From the NCBI GenBank assembly GCA_964608055.1, contig CAZSMJ010000003.1:1-44720 (forward strand): 44,720 nucleotides of DNA, in the 5' to 3' direction. The DNA comes from an uncultured Acidimicrobiaceae bacterium. Its GTDB lineage: Bacteria; Actinomycetota; Acidimicrobiia; Spongiisociales; ZC4RG35. Positions 22,824-31,936 of this stretch are shown one piece after another. Each line of letters starts with the position of its first letter. Position 1 is the stretch's first letter. Under the pieces are notes generated by a model, which was given only the letters and a program-made list of their open reading frames with translations, made no database searches and was not told the origin of the DNA. A program made the position numbers and the translations under genes.

Positions 22824-23522
22824 TCAGCCCACGGCCCCAGCGATCTCGTCGAGAAACCAGTCCAGCATCCGCTCCAGGGCCGGCTGGGTGGTCTTCTCCA
22901 TCAGCCGGCTCTCTTCGATCACCCGGTCGGGGTCTATCCCGGCATCGGCCATCTCACCGCCGCCATCAACCTCACACCAAGAGGCGATCAAATCTGCGGT
23001 CATCTCCGGATGGAACTGGACCGCGAGATTCGCCCCAATTCGGAATGCTTGAAGACCTGACGGATTCCGGGCCAACTCGACGGCACCCGGGGGAAGCGTG
23101 AACTCGTCGTGGTGATACTGGAACCAGGGACCGTGGGCGATCTCGTCGACCCCCGACTCGATGCTCACCCACCCATACTCCGGCCGCGTCGACGGGGTCA
23201 CCCGTCCCCCGAGCGCAGCCGACATCGCCTGTGCCCCAAAGCAGATGCCGAGCAGCGGCACCCCCCGACTCACCTGGTTTCGGATGAAGTCGAGCTCCGG
23301 CCTCACCCATCCCTGCACCCGGTCCTCGTACACCGACCAGGGCGAGCCCATCAAGACCACCAGGTCGTGCCCGCCGTTCTCGGGGAATGTGGCCGACACC
23401 TCGGGATCGTCGATGTCCTCGACGACGACAAAAGGCTCGAGGGTGGCGCCCCGCCGTTCCAGATGCTCACCGACTCGCTCCGGAGTCGATAGCGGGTCGT
23501 GTTCGATGACGAGAGCCCGCAT
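22824..23522 (-). CDS. Class I glutamine amidotransferase-like protein (GuaA-N / COG0518 type)
   Basis: Nucleophile elbow LLGICFGAQAM and C-terminal QFHPE motif (His/Glu of the triad). 232 aa. Confidence 0.85.
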   Translation of the reverse strand: MRALVIEHDPLSTPERVGEHLERRGATLEPFVVVEDIDDPEVSATFPENGGHDLVVLMGSPWSVYEDRVQGWVRPELDFIRNQVSRGVPLLGICFGAQAMSAALGGRVTPSTRPEYGWVSIESGVDEIAHGPWFQYHHDEFTLPPGAVELARNPSGLQAFRIGANLAVQFHPEMTADLIASWCEVDGGGEMADAGIDPDRVIEESRLMEKTTQPALERMLDWFLDEIAGAVG

Positions 23523-23711
23523 CCAGCGAGCATATCAACCGGTAATTGGGTTGAGCAGGTCCGTATTCGACCCCTGAGCCTCCCAATTTCGTTGGGCTCA
23601 CGCTGGACAGCGCCGGGCTGGTTGATACTGTTTCGAGGCGAACTGGCCGCCGCGTCACATAGTTGGCGCCGAGCAGGAGGCAGCTTTCTGAGTAAGACCA
23701 GCTTTGACCGG

Positions 23712-24971
23712 GTGCGCTTCCTGTGGCCCGACCACCTCGGTCTGGCGCGGGGCAAGTACCTGTCTGGTGCCCGGGCCGCAGAGGGGAGCAACCACTGTGT
23801 CGCTCTCTTCTCGCTCCAGCTCAACCGGGTGATGATCCCCCATCCCGGTGCCCATCACGAGAGTTTTCCGGATGTCGAGGCGCGGTTTTCAACCGATGCG
23901 ATCCGTCGCGGCTGGGAAAGAGGGACCGGAGTCGTCGTGGCCTCCATCACCAAGGACGGGACGCCGGTCGAGCTCGCCCCCCGCTCGATCCTGGAGCGGG
24001 TGGTTGGCGAATGGGAGGAGTTAGGCCTCACTCCGATGATCGGCTTTGAGCTCGAGGCCTTTCTGTTCGAGCCCGATGGCGACGGCTGGCGGCCGATCCA
24101 TACCCCTGGCTCCTATGTGTACGGCACCGGGCACGCCGTCGATCCGAGCGGGACCGTCGAGGAGATAATGGAAACCGCGCTGGGGATGGGTCTCGAGCTG
24201 GAGTCGGTCAACTCCGAATACGACGACGGCCAATTCGAGCTCACCCTCCGTTACGGGCCGGCACTACAAGCAGCCGACGATGCCTTCCTCTTCAAGGTGA
24301 TGGCGAGGGAGGTGGCAGCCAAACGCGGATATCTCCTCACGTTCCTCGGGAAACCGATCACGCAGCGGGGAGGCAGCGGAATCCATGTGAACATCTCGCT
24401 GATCGACCGCGACGGGAAGAATGCTTTCAGCGATCCTTCCGACCCACGCGGGCTCAGCAAGCTGGCCCGCCAATGCATCGCCGGGCTGGTGCACGATCAC
24501 GTGTCGATGACTGCCCTCGTCGCGCCAACGGTCAACGCCTACAAGCGGCTCAAACCCGGATCACTCAATGGGTACTACGCGAATTGGGGATTCGACCATC
24601 GCGGTGTGGCGGTCAGGGTGCCGCCCGCCCACAACTCCGGGATCAGGCTCGAGCATCGCCTGGCCGATGGCGCCGCCTCGGTCCACCTCGCCGCCGCCGC
24701 ATCGCTCGTTTCGGCGCTGCGTGGGGTTCAGATGGATCTCGAATGCCCGCCCGCAGAGACCCAGGATTGTTTCAGCGGCTCCGACGCCGATCTCGCCGCC
24801 CCACCGAGCCTGGGCGCCGCCCTCGACGCCCTGGAGAGAGACAAAGACTTCGTCGAGGCTTTCTCGCCGAGCTATGTCGAAGGGTTCCTGGCGGTGAAAC
24901 GAGCCGAATGGGACCGCTACATGGCACACACAACTGATTGGGAGCTCGAGGAGTATCTCCCTTACTACTGA
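23712..24971 (+). CDS. Glutamine synthetase-family (type I-like) gamma-glutamyl ligase
   Basis: GS motifs FELEAFLFEP, NSEYDDGQFELTL, KPITQRGGSGIHVNISL, NAYKRL and WGFDHRGVAVRVP. The start is uncertain. GTG 23712 is the minimal call. CTG 23688 sits 7 nt after a perfect AGGAGG. TTG 23622 and TTG 23592 are also in frame. Confidence 0.85.
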   Translation: MRFLWPDHLGLARGKYLSGARAAEGSNHCVALFSLQLNRVMIPHPGAHHESFPDVEARFSTDAIRRGWERGTGVVVASITKDGTPVELAPRSILERVVGEWEELGLTPMIGFELEAFLFEPDGDGWRPIHTPGSYVYGTGHAVDPSGTVEEIMETALGMGLELESVNSEYDDGQFELTLRYGPALQAADDAFLFKVMAREVAAKRGYLLTFLGKPITQRGGSGIHVNISLIDRDGKNAFSDPSDPRGLSKLARQCIAGLVHDHVSMTALVAPTVNAYKRLKPGSLNGYYANWGFDHRGVAVRVPPAHNSGIRLEHRLADGAASVHLAAAASLVSALRGVQMDLECPPAETQDCFSGSDADLAAPPSLGAALDALERDKDFVEAFSPSYVEGFLAVKRAEWDRYMAHTTDWELEEYLPYY

Positions 24972-25847
24972 TCAGATGGCGGTGATATCACGCGGAGCCA
25001 TCCTTGGGCCGAAACTGGGCTCATGCCCCAGGGTGTGGAGGAGGCGGATCACCCGGGCCCGGTGCGGGCGGAACGGCTCCAACAGCTCCAACAGCTCCTC
25101 ATCGGTGCCGCGAGCACGCCCCGTCAGATGATGGACCACTATGTGCTTGACGTGGAAGTCCCCGACTTCGACCTGATCGGGGTCGCCGTGGGACACCACC
25201 AGGGTCTTGGCCACGGTCCATCGGCCCACTCCCGAATGTCGTTCTAGGACTCTCGCCGCTGAGGCCGGTGGTTGAGCACCGGAGGCTTCGATGATGGCGA
25301 AGTCGGTCGCAACCCGCCGCAACACGTCCGCCCTTCTCTTCTCGAGATGAAGTTCGTGATAGGCCCAATACGGGGCAGAGGCCATTCGCTCCGGGTCGGG
25401 CGGCATCGACAAGCCACGACGAGGCCCCGGCGCAGGCGCACCGAACGCGCGACGGAGCCCTCGCATCGCTGACGAGGCCTCGCTTCCGGTCACCTTCTGG
25501 CCCACGACCGCCGTCACCAAGGCATCGAAGACGAGCCCGGTTCGGCCGAACCGCAGCCCTGGATGACGACGATGAAGCTCCCCAACCATTTGATGATCCG
25601 TGGTGAACGTTGCCGGGTCATCCTCGAGTCCGGCAATGGCCCCCAACAAGCCGAGAAGCCAGTTGGCTCCTCCACCCCAGGCCTCCCCGATCACCTCCTC
25701 GCGGGTGCGGCGGATCCGCAATGTGGCCGGCCCCTCGGGGGTCGTCGCAGTCAGCCACCAGCCATCATCGGCGAACCAACCGTGAAGCGGTCTCAGGGTC
25801 TGTCTCAAGTCGAGCGCCCCGTTGACAGGCAAGGCCAGAGTTTCCAC
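24972..25847 (-). CDS. DNA-3-methyladenine glycosylase II-like (AlkA/HhH-GPD family)
   Basis: 291 aa. The AlkA-type N-terminal domain is followed by an HhH region (LVFDALVTAVVGQKVT...VGRWTV...GDFHVK). Family call is from overall pattern. Confidence 0.75.
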   Translation of the reverse strand: METLALPVNGALDLRQTLRPLHGWFADDGWWLTATTPEGPATLRIRRTREEVIGEAWGGGANWLLGLLGAIAGLEDDPATFTTDHQMVGELHRRHPGLRFGRTGLVFDALVTAVVGQKVTGSEASSAMRGLRRAFGAPAPGPRRGLSMPPDPERMASAPYWAYHELHLEKRRADVLRRVATDFAIIEASGAQPPASAARVLERHSGVGRWTVAKTLVVSHGDPDQVEVGDFHVKHIVVHHLTGRARGTDEELLELLEPFRPHRARVIRLLHTLGHEPSFGPRMAPRDITAI

Positions 25848-25921
25848 GTCGGCATCATTGTCAGCAAGCGGGCATAGGTGACGGCTGTTGGGCGTTTACG
25901 GCTCCGAGAGAAAGGGATCGA

Positions 25922-26470
25922 ATGGCTTCAGTGGCGATCGTTGGCGAAGGGCCTGGGGGTCTTTCCGCGGCCCTCTTCCTGGCGAAGAACGGGCACGAGG
26001 TGACCGTCTTCGGGACCGACAAGACCGCGATGAACTATGCCTATCTGTACAACTACCTGGGAATTCCTGAGATCGAGGGCCCCTCATTTCAGAGGATCGC
26101 CAAGAGACAGGTGACAGGGTTCGGCGCCACCCTGCGTGAGGAGGAGGTCACCTCGATCACGATCGACGTCGGATTCGTGGTGACCACCGATTCAGGGTCG
26201 CTAAAAGCCGACTATCTGATACTCACCGAGGGCAAGAACCCCGTGCTGGCGCGGTCGCTGGGTGTGGCCGAGGACGAATCCGGTGCAATTCAGGTCGACC
26301 GCGACTATCGATCGTCCCTCGATCGGGTCTATGTGGTCGGCCGATCAGCACGACCCGAGCGGAGCCAGGCGATCATCTCGGCCGGCGCCGGGGCAACCGC
26401 CGCTCTCGACATCCTGGCGCTCGAGGCCGGAGCCAATGTCCAGGACTGGGATACTCCTGCCAAGGAATAG
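25922..26470 (+). CDS. FAD-domain-only thioredoxin-reductase-like mini flavoprotein
   Basis: 182 aa. N-terminal dinucleotide motif VAIVGEGPGGLSAALFLAKNG. C-terminal TrxR-type FAD motif VYVVGRSARPERSQAIISAGAGATAALDI. No second GxGxxG and no CxxC. Confidence 0.75.
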   Translation: MASVAIVGEGPGGLSAALFLAKNGHEVTVFGTDKTAMNYAYLYNYLGIPEIEGPSFQRIAKRQVTGFGATLREEEVTSITIDVGFVVTTDSGSLKADYLILTEGKNPVLARSLGVAEDESGAIQVDRDYRSSLDRVYVVGRSARPERSQAIISAGAGATAALDILALEAGANVQDWDTPAKE

Positions 26471-26529
26471 CTGGTTTCTCCTCCCCCCGGATCAAGGTTC
26501 AAGTTCAATCGGCCGATCTACTAGGGGAA

Positions 26530-27654
26530 ATGGATACTCCTGTGGGCGGATTGCAGAACGAGATCGAGGGTCTCGTCTCCGCAGCCTCCGTTCCGATGCT
26601 GATCGTCGACTACACACCGATCATCACCAGGTTCGCGGGTTTGACGGTGGAGGAGATCGCTGATCGGCTCGACAACGAACAAGAGCTGCTGCAATGCCTT
26701 CGACTTCCGATAGAGCTCGGCGCGAGCCAGGAATGGGCCGGGCTTTATGGCTTCGCATACGAGGACCAGACCCCAGACCTGGTCACCAGAGATTTCTCCG
26801 CTAAGGCCTACCCCGAGCTTCACCAGCACATGATCTCCCAATTCCTCGCCCCCTTCCGAGGCGTGACTTCGATCAACAGCGAACACCGGGCGCCGACACT
26901 CGCCGGCGACGTGGTCGTCCGCTCCCACTGGAAGGTGTCGATGTGGAACGACGTTCCTGACTACTCGAGGGTTGTGATCGTCGATCTCGACGTCACCGAC
27001 CTTCGAGAAACCGAACGTTCCCTGGAAGAGGCGATCAAGGAGAAAGACCGGCTTACCGCAGTCATCGCCCATGAGTTGCGGAACCCACTGACCGCGGTGG
27101 TCGGATTCAGCGCGATCCTCACCTCAGACTGGGGTGCACTGGACGATGAGGTTCGACACGAGATGGTGACCGACATCGGCAAGCAACTCGGTGATGTCTC
27201 AGCTCTACTCGAAGACTTCCTCGCCGAGAGCCAGGAGGCCATCCATGTCGATGAAACCCGAGTGGCCCTGACCGAAGTCTTCGAAACCATCGACCTGGCT
27301 GGAGTCGACAACGAGGCCGACCCGGCGCTCGTGGTTAGAGGAGACGCGATGCGGATCCGGCAGATCGTGAGAAATCTGGTTCGCAACGCGCTGAAGCATG
27401 GCGGGTCACGGGTCCGCTTCCGCACAGGCATCGCGGAAGGAAGAGTCACACTCCAGGTGCTCGATGACGGTGTCGGCGTTGCCTCCGACATCCTGGCCCG
27501 TCTCTTCGAGCCTTACTCTGGCGGTCGCACTTCGGGGTCCTTGGGGCTGGGGCTATCGGTCTCCCGCGGATTGGCCAGGCAGATGAACGGCGACGTGAGG
27601 TATTTCAGGGATGGGCCGTGGACCGTCTTCGAACTGGAGCTCGCGGCCGGCTGA
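26530..27654 (+). CDS. Cytoplasmic PAS-like sensor histidine kinase (no cognate response regulator in window)
   Basis: H-box IAHELRNPLTAVVGF, N-box VRNLVRNALKHG, G1 DDGVGV, G2 GSLGLGLSV. No TM segments. N-terminal ~180 aa are PAS-like. Confidence 0.85.
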   Translation: MDTPVGGLQNEIEGLVSAASVPMLIVDYTPIITRFAGLTVEEIADRLDNEQELLQCLRLPIELGASQEWAGLYGFAYEDQTPDLVTRDFSAKAYPELHQHMISQFLAPFRGVTSINSEHRAPTLAGDVVVRSHWKVSMWNDVPDYSRVVIVDLDVTDLRETERSLEEAIKEKDRLTAVIAHELRNPLTAVVGFSAILTSDWGALDDEVRHEMVTDIGKQLGDVSALLEDFLAESQEAIHVDETRVALTEVFETIDLAGVDNEADPALVVRGDAMRIRQIVRNLVRNALKHGGSRVRFRTGIAEGRVTLQVLDDGVGVASDILARLFEPYSGGRTSGSLGLGLSVSRGLARQMNGDVRYFRDGPWTVFELELAAG

Positions 27655-27660
27655 CAGCGG

Positions 27661-29079
27661 TCAAGTAACGGCCTTTCTCGTTGCCTTGATCCGCTCCAGG
27701 ACATCCCCGGGCCCCGCCCCCGGCTCGACCATGGGTCCCTTCATCGTGGACCAATCCTCAGCGATATCAGGGCCGAAAGACCCGCTGATCATCGAAGCGG
27801 CCTGGATCGCGGCTCCCATCGCGACCGGCTCGTCAGTCTCCGGAACTATCAGCGATCTCTGCGAGAGCTCGGCGATCACCCTTTGCCAAGCCGCTCCCCT
27901 GGCGCCGCCGCCGATGAGGATCAAAGGGGCCTGCTCAGGGATGCCTGATCCCGCACTGGAAATCGCTGTCATTGCCTCGAGCAGTGACGCGGCCGCGCCC
28001 TGGTAGGCGGCGAGCAGGATCTCCTCCGGCTGGGTGGTGTGCCGGAGCCCGTGGACACTGCCTGCGGCCTCGGGAAGATTGGGTGTTCGCTCTCCGTCGA
28101 GGTAGGGAAGCACCACCACTTCCGTGGCCTCCGCTACCTGGTCTCGATCGAGTCCCAGCCAAGCGGCGAAGCGGTCGACGGCCAGAGTGCAGTTGAGGGT
28201 GGCGGCCAGGGGGAGGAAGCCTCGATCGGCGGTGGCGAAACCAGCCACCACGCCGCTGGGGTCGACGATGCGGCTTTCGGACACGGCATAGATCGTCCCC
28301 GAAGTCCCGAGGCTGACGACCGGTCGTCCCGGTCGGAGGCCGAGGCCCAGGGCGGCGCCCATGTTGTCACCCGTCCCTCCGGCCACTGGCGTCCCCGCGG
28401 GCACCCCGGTCGCCGCAGAGGCCCCATCGGTCACCACACCGGCGCGATCACCGGGAGCAACGATCGTGGGGAGCAGGGCCGCGTCGAGGCCAACCAGGTC
28501 CAGGGCCTCTGGGGAGTAGGCCTCGGTTGCCGAAGACCACCATCCGGTCCCTGATGCGTCGCCCCGGTCGGTTGCCGCGTTCCCGGTCAGGCGGAACGTG
28601 AGGTAGTCATGGGGTAGCAGGACCCGACGCGCCGCCCTGGCGATCTCCGGCTCGGTCTGGGTGAGCCAGAGCCACTTCGAGATCGTGAACGATGCCACCG
28701 GCACGATGCCGATCCGCTCCGCCCAAACCTCGGCGCCCCACTGCTCGACGAGATGGACGGCCTGAGGGGCCGAGCGAACGTCGTTCCACAACATCGCCGG
28801 GCGAAGCGGCTCCTCGGCAGCGTCGAGGACGACCAGACCGTGCTGTTGGCCCCCGACCGACATGGCGGTGATCTCGGAGGCTTTTCCGGTCTGGGCCAGC
28901 GCCTGGACAAGGGCTTCCCACCACACTCGGGGATCAGTCTCCCGGGCACCCCCCGTCCCCCTGACTTCGTGACCGGCCTGCCCCCTGGCGACTACGACTC
29001 CGGTGTCGGCGTCGACCACCAGTACCTTGGTGGACTGGGTGGAACAGTCCACCCCCGCAACGAAGCCTGATTGTCCCAT
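27661..29079 (-). CDS. xylB: Xylulokinase-like FGGY carbohydrate kinase
   Basis: GVDCSTQSTKVLVVD, VGGQQHGLVVLD, LWNDVRS and GGGARG motifs. The start overlaps the upstream stop by 1 nt (TAATG). Confidence 0.8.
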   Translation of the reverse strand: MGQSGFVAGVDCSTQSTKVLVVDADTGVVVARGQAGHEVRGTGGARETDPRVWWEALVQALAQTGKASEITAMSVGGQQHGLVVLDAAEEPLRPAMLWNDVRSAPQAVHLVEQWGAEVWAERIGIVPVASFTISKWLWLTQTEPEIARAARRVLLPHDYLTFRLTGNAATDRGDASGTGWWSSATEAYSPEALDLVGLDAALLPTIVAPGDRAGVVTDGASAATGVPAGTPVAGGTGDNMGAALGLGLRPGRPVVSLGTSGTIYAVSESRIVDPSGVVAGFATADRGFLPLAATLNCTLAVDRFAAWLGLDRDQVAEATEVVVLPYLDGERTPNLPEAAGSVHGLRHTTQPEEILLAAYQGAAASLLEAMTAISSAGSGIPEQAPLILIGGGARGAAWQRVIAELSQRSLIVPETDEPVAMGAAIQAASMISGSFGPDIAEDWSTMKGPMVEPGAGPGDVLERIKATRKAVT

Positions 29080-30071
29080 TACATCACGAAGGCGTTCGCA
29101 ACGATCCGCTCCATCACGATGAGGTTGGCCACAGCATCTTCAGGATCCGTCGGCAACGGTGCGCCATCGCGAATTGCTCGAGAAAAGGCATCGGCCTGGA
29201 TCCCGTACTGGTCGGCTGCAGCGAATTCGTGTATTTCGACATGCGGGGACACCGGCGGATCGCCCGCAGCGAAATGAAGCAGCCGGGTTGGCCGGTCGGG
29301 CGGAATGTTGAATGGGATCTCGATCTCCAATCGCCCGGCGGTCCCCACCAGTTGGACGCTCTGGGCGTTCTCCAGCTGGGTGGAACAGGTGAAGGTGGCA
29401 TGACGACCGCCGAAGTCGAGGACCGCCGAGGTGACGGCATCGGTTCCGAAATCGGGGTCCCGGCGTATCGAGGATTTGACCACGTTGGGCTCGGCCCCGA
29501 ACAGCATCCGGGCCACATTCACCTGATAGCACCCGACGTCCATCAAGGCGCCCCCTCCATAGTCAGCGATGTTGCGGATGTTGGAAGGGTCGATGTTGCG
29601 GTACGAGAAGAAGGACTGGATGGCCACGAGCTCACCGATCACCCCGGAGTCGACCATGTGCTTGGCCTCCACCCACATCGGGTGGAGGCGGTACATGAAT
29701 GCCTCCATGAGCAACACGCCTGCGTCACGACAGACCTCGATCATGCGGCGGGCCTGGTCGCTGCTCATCGCCAACGGCTTCTCGCAAAGCACGTGCTTGC
29801 CGGCCGTCGCTGCCTTCTCGGTCCACTCGGCATGGAGATGGTTGGGGAGGGGGACATAGACCGCTTCGATGTCGCGGTCCTCGAGCAGAGCCTCATAGGA
29901 GGCATACGCCTTCTCGATCCCCAACTCGGCAGCGGCCTCTTCGGCCTTGCCCTCCGATCGGGAAGCGATGGCCCGAACCGTGCTCAGTTCCGACTTCTGC
30001 ATCGCGGGTATCACTTTGTGGACCGCGATCCCGGCAACTCCGAGCACTCCCCAGGAAACCGGCTCGGTCAT
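29079..30071 (-). CDS. Gfo/Idh/MocA-family NAD(P)-dependent oxidoreductase
   Basis: N-terminal Rossmann WGVLGVAGIAVHKVIPAM, and the EKP motif (VLCEKPLA). 330 aa. Confidence 0.9.
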   Translation of the reverse strand: MTEPVSWGVLGVAGIAVHKVIPAMQKSELSTVRAIASRSEGKAEEAAAELGIEKAYASYEALLEDRDIEAVYVPLPNHLHAEWTEKAATAGKHVLCEKPLAMSSDQARRMIEVCRDAGVLLMEAFMYRLHPMWVEAKHMVDSGVIGELVAIQSFFSYRNIDPSNIRNIADYGGGALMDVGCYQVNVARMLFGAEPNVVKSSIRRDPDFGTDAVTSAVLDFGGRHATFTCSTQLENAQSVQLVGTAGRLEIEIPFNIPPDRPTRLLHFAAGDPPVSPHVEIHEFAAADQYGIQADAFSRAIRDGAPLPTDPEDAVANLIVMERIVANAFVM

Positions 30072-30091
30072 CTCACGCCTTTCTCAGCAGC

Positions 30092-30880
30092 TCAACCTGA
30101 TTCGTCGGATCGACGGCCGCGCCCCCGGTACTCCGCCGAAACCAGGTCGGTCAGCTCTCCGATCGAGGTGTCGTCAACCTTGGTGTCGTAGGTGATCCGG
30201 CCGTGTTGCAACAGGTTGACACGGTCGCACACCTCCAGGATTTGAGCAAAATTATGGGCGATCATCACCATTGAGACCTCTCCCCGTTGTCTCAGCTCGA
30301 GGATCAGATCGATGATTATTGCGCTCTCCTTGGCACCCATCGCGGCCAAGGGCTCGTCGAGGAGGATGACTCTCGCATCGGAGTAAACGGCTCGCGCGAT
30401 GGCGACCGCCTGACGCTGCCCACCGGACAGGTACCCGACCTCTGTGTCGACCGAGGGTATCCGCACCCCCATGTCTGCCAGATGGGCGGTCGCTTGCTCT
30501 CTCATCGCTTTCTTGTCGAGGAATGGGATCGGGCGACGCAGCTTCTCCTTGTTGAGGTTCATGTTGAGATACACCGGCAACTGATTGATCAGAGCCAGAT
30601 CCTGGTACACCGTCTCGATTCCAAGCTCACGAGCGTGTGACACAGAACGCAGGGCGGTCTCCTCCTCGTTGATGTAGATCTTCCCCTCGTCAGGTCTGTG
30701 GAACCCGGTGAGGATCTTGATGAGGGTCGACTTACCAGCGCCATTGTCACCTATGAGGCCAAGCACCTCCCCGACGCCAAGCTGGAGGCTGACGTTTCGC
30801 AGAGCGACAACGGGCCCATACCTCTTCCCGATGGACTCGGCACGAATGATCGAAGGCTGGGGGTCGGTGGGTGCTGTCAT
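30092..30880 (-). CDS. Sugar ABC transporter ATP-binding protein, single-NBD CUT2 type (FrcA-like)
   Basis: Walker A GDNGAGKST, signature LSGGQRQAV, Walker B ILLDEPLAAM. ATG 30880 forms an ATGA overlap with the permease stop. The longer ORF-track N-terminus is non-coding-like. Confidence 0.9.
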   Translation of the reverse strand: MTAPTDPQPSIIRAESIGKRYGPVVALRNVSLQLGVGEVLGLIGDNGAGKSTLIKILTGFHRPDEGKIYINEEETALRSVSHARELGIETVYQDLALINQLPVYLNMNLNKEKLRRPIPFLDKKAMREQATAHLADMGVRIPSVDTEVGYLSGGQRQAVAIARAVYSDARVILLDEPLAAMGAKESAIIIDLILELRQRGEVSMVMIAHNFAQILEVCDRVNLLQHGRITYDTKVDDTSIGELTDLVSAEYRGRGRRSDESG

Positions 30881-31911
30881 GTCTTGAAGCTCTGGGATCT
30901 GATTCGGGCCTTGAGAGCGACCGAGTTGAGGATCATCGCCAGGATGATCGCCGCCCCCAACACCATGCTGTAGGTGAAAGAACTGAAACCCAGGATGACG
31001 AGCCCGTCCTTGAGGATCGCCAGCACCAGGGCTCCGATGAAAGCGCCGAGCACGGTGCCCGCACCACCGAGAAGGGCGGTGCCGCCGATCACTGCCGCCG
31101 CCACCGCTTCGAAGACTTTGCCCGAAGCCACACCCGCCCCCGGGTCGAAGGAGCCGATCCGAATCCCCTCGAGAACTCCGGCGAAGCCAGCCAGTGAGGC
31201 GGCCATGATGAAGTTTCGCATCCTGATCCTTCTCGTGGGGACACCGGCCTCGTTGGCAGCGACCCGGTTGCCCCCGGTGGCAATGGTGTGAACGCCCCAT
31301 CGAGTTTGGGTCAGGACGATGTGCATTACCGCGACCACGATCAGCACCCACATGAGCCCCGAGAAGCCGGTGAGACCGAGGATGTTGGCGGCGACACCGC
31401 TGGAGGGTGCCCGCTTCGGGAAGCCATCGGAGATGGTCAGGGTGAGCCCGTTGATCACGAAACCCATGCCCAAGGTGGCTATGAACGAGGGAACCCCGAA
31501 GCGGATCGTTATCGAGCCGTTGATGAAGCCGACCACCCCCGCTCCAAGGATGCCGACCACAACAGCGAGCGGGAGCGGGAGGCCCGCCTCCATGCCGAAG
31601 AAGACGAGAAACGGCGTCATGAAGTAGACGTTTCCCATAGATAGGTCGATCTCTCCGCAGATGAGAAGCATCACCTGGCCGGCGGCAAGGATGGCCGGTG
31701 CGATCAGGTACTGCGAGACCACGCGGATGTTCGGTGTTGTCAGGAAGACATCGGTAGCCAGGGTGAAGTAGATGGCGAGCGCGATCGCCACCAGCGTGAT
31801 GGTGGACTCCGGTCTTCGAAGCAGGAACTCGGCGATCCGACCGGTCGTGGAACGCGACTCCGGCGGGCTCTTGTCGAGCCCACCGGAGTCCTGGGATGAG
31901 ATGTCGTTCAC
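30877..31911 (-). CDS. Sugar ABC transporter permease (RbsC/BPD_transp_2 type)
   Basis: 344 aa with about 9-10 TM segments. Typical CUT2 permease pattern (GEIDLSMG, GGNRVAANEAGV). Confidence 0.9.
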   Translation of the reverse strand: MNDISSQDSGGLDKSPPESRSTTGRIAEFLLRRPESTITLVAIALAIYFTLATDVFLTTPNIRVVSQYLIAPAILAAGQVMLLICGEIDLSMGNVYFMTPFLVFFGMEAGLPLPLAVVVGILGAGVVGFINGSITIRFGVPSFIATLGMGFVINGLTLTISDGFPKRAPSSGVAANILGLTGFSGLMWVLIVVAVMHIVLTQTRWGVHTIATGGNRVAANEAGVPTRRIRMRNFIMAASLAGFAGVLEGIRIGSFDPGAGVASGKVFEAVAAAVIGGTALLGGAGTVLGAFIGALVLAILKDGLVILGFSSFTYSMVLGAAIILAMILNSVALKARIRSQSFKT

Positions 31912-31936
31912 GGTCTACCTGTATACAGGCATGGGA

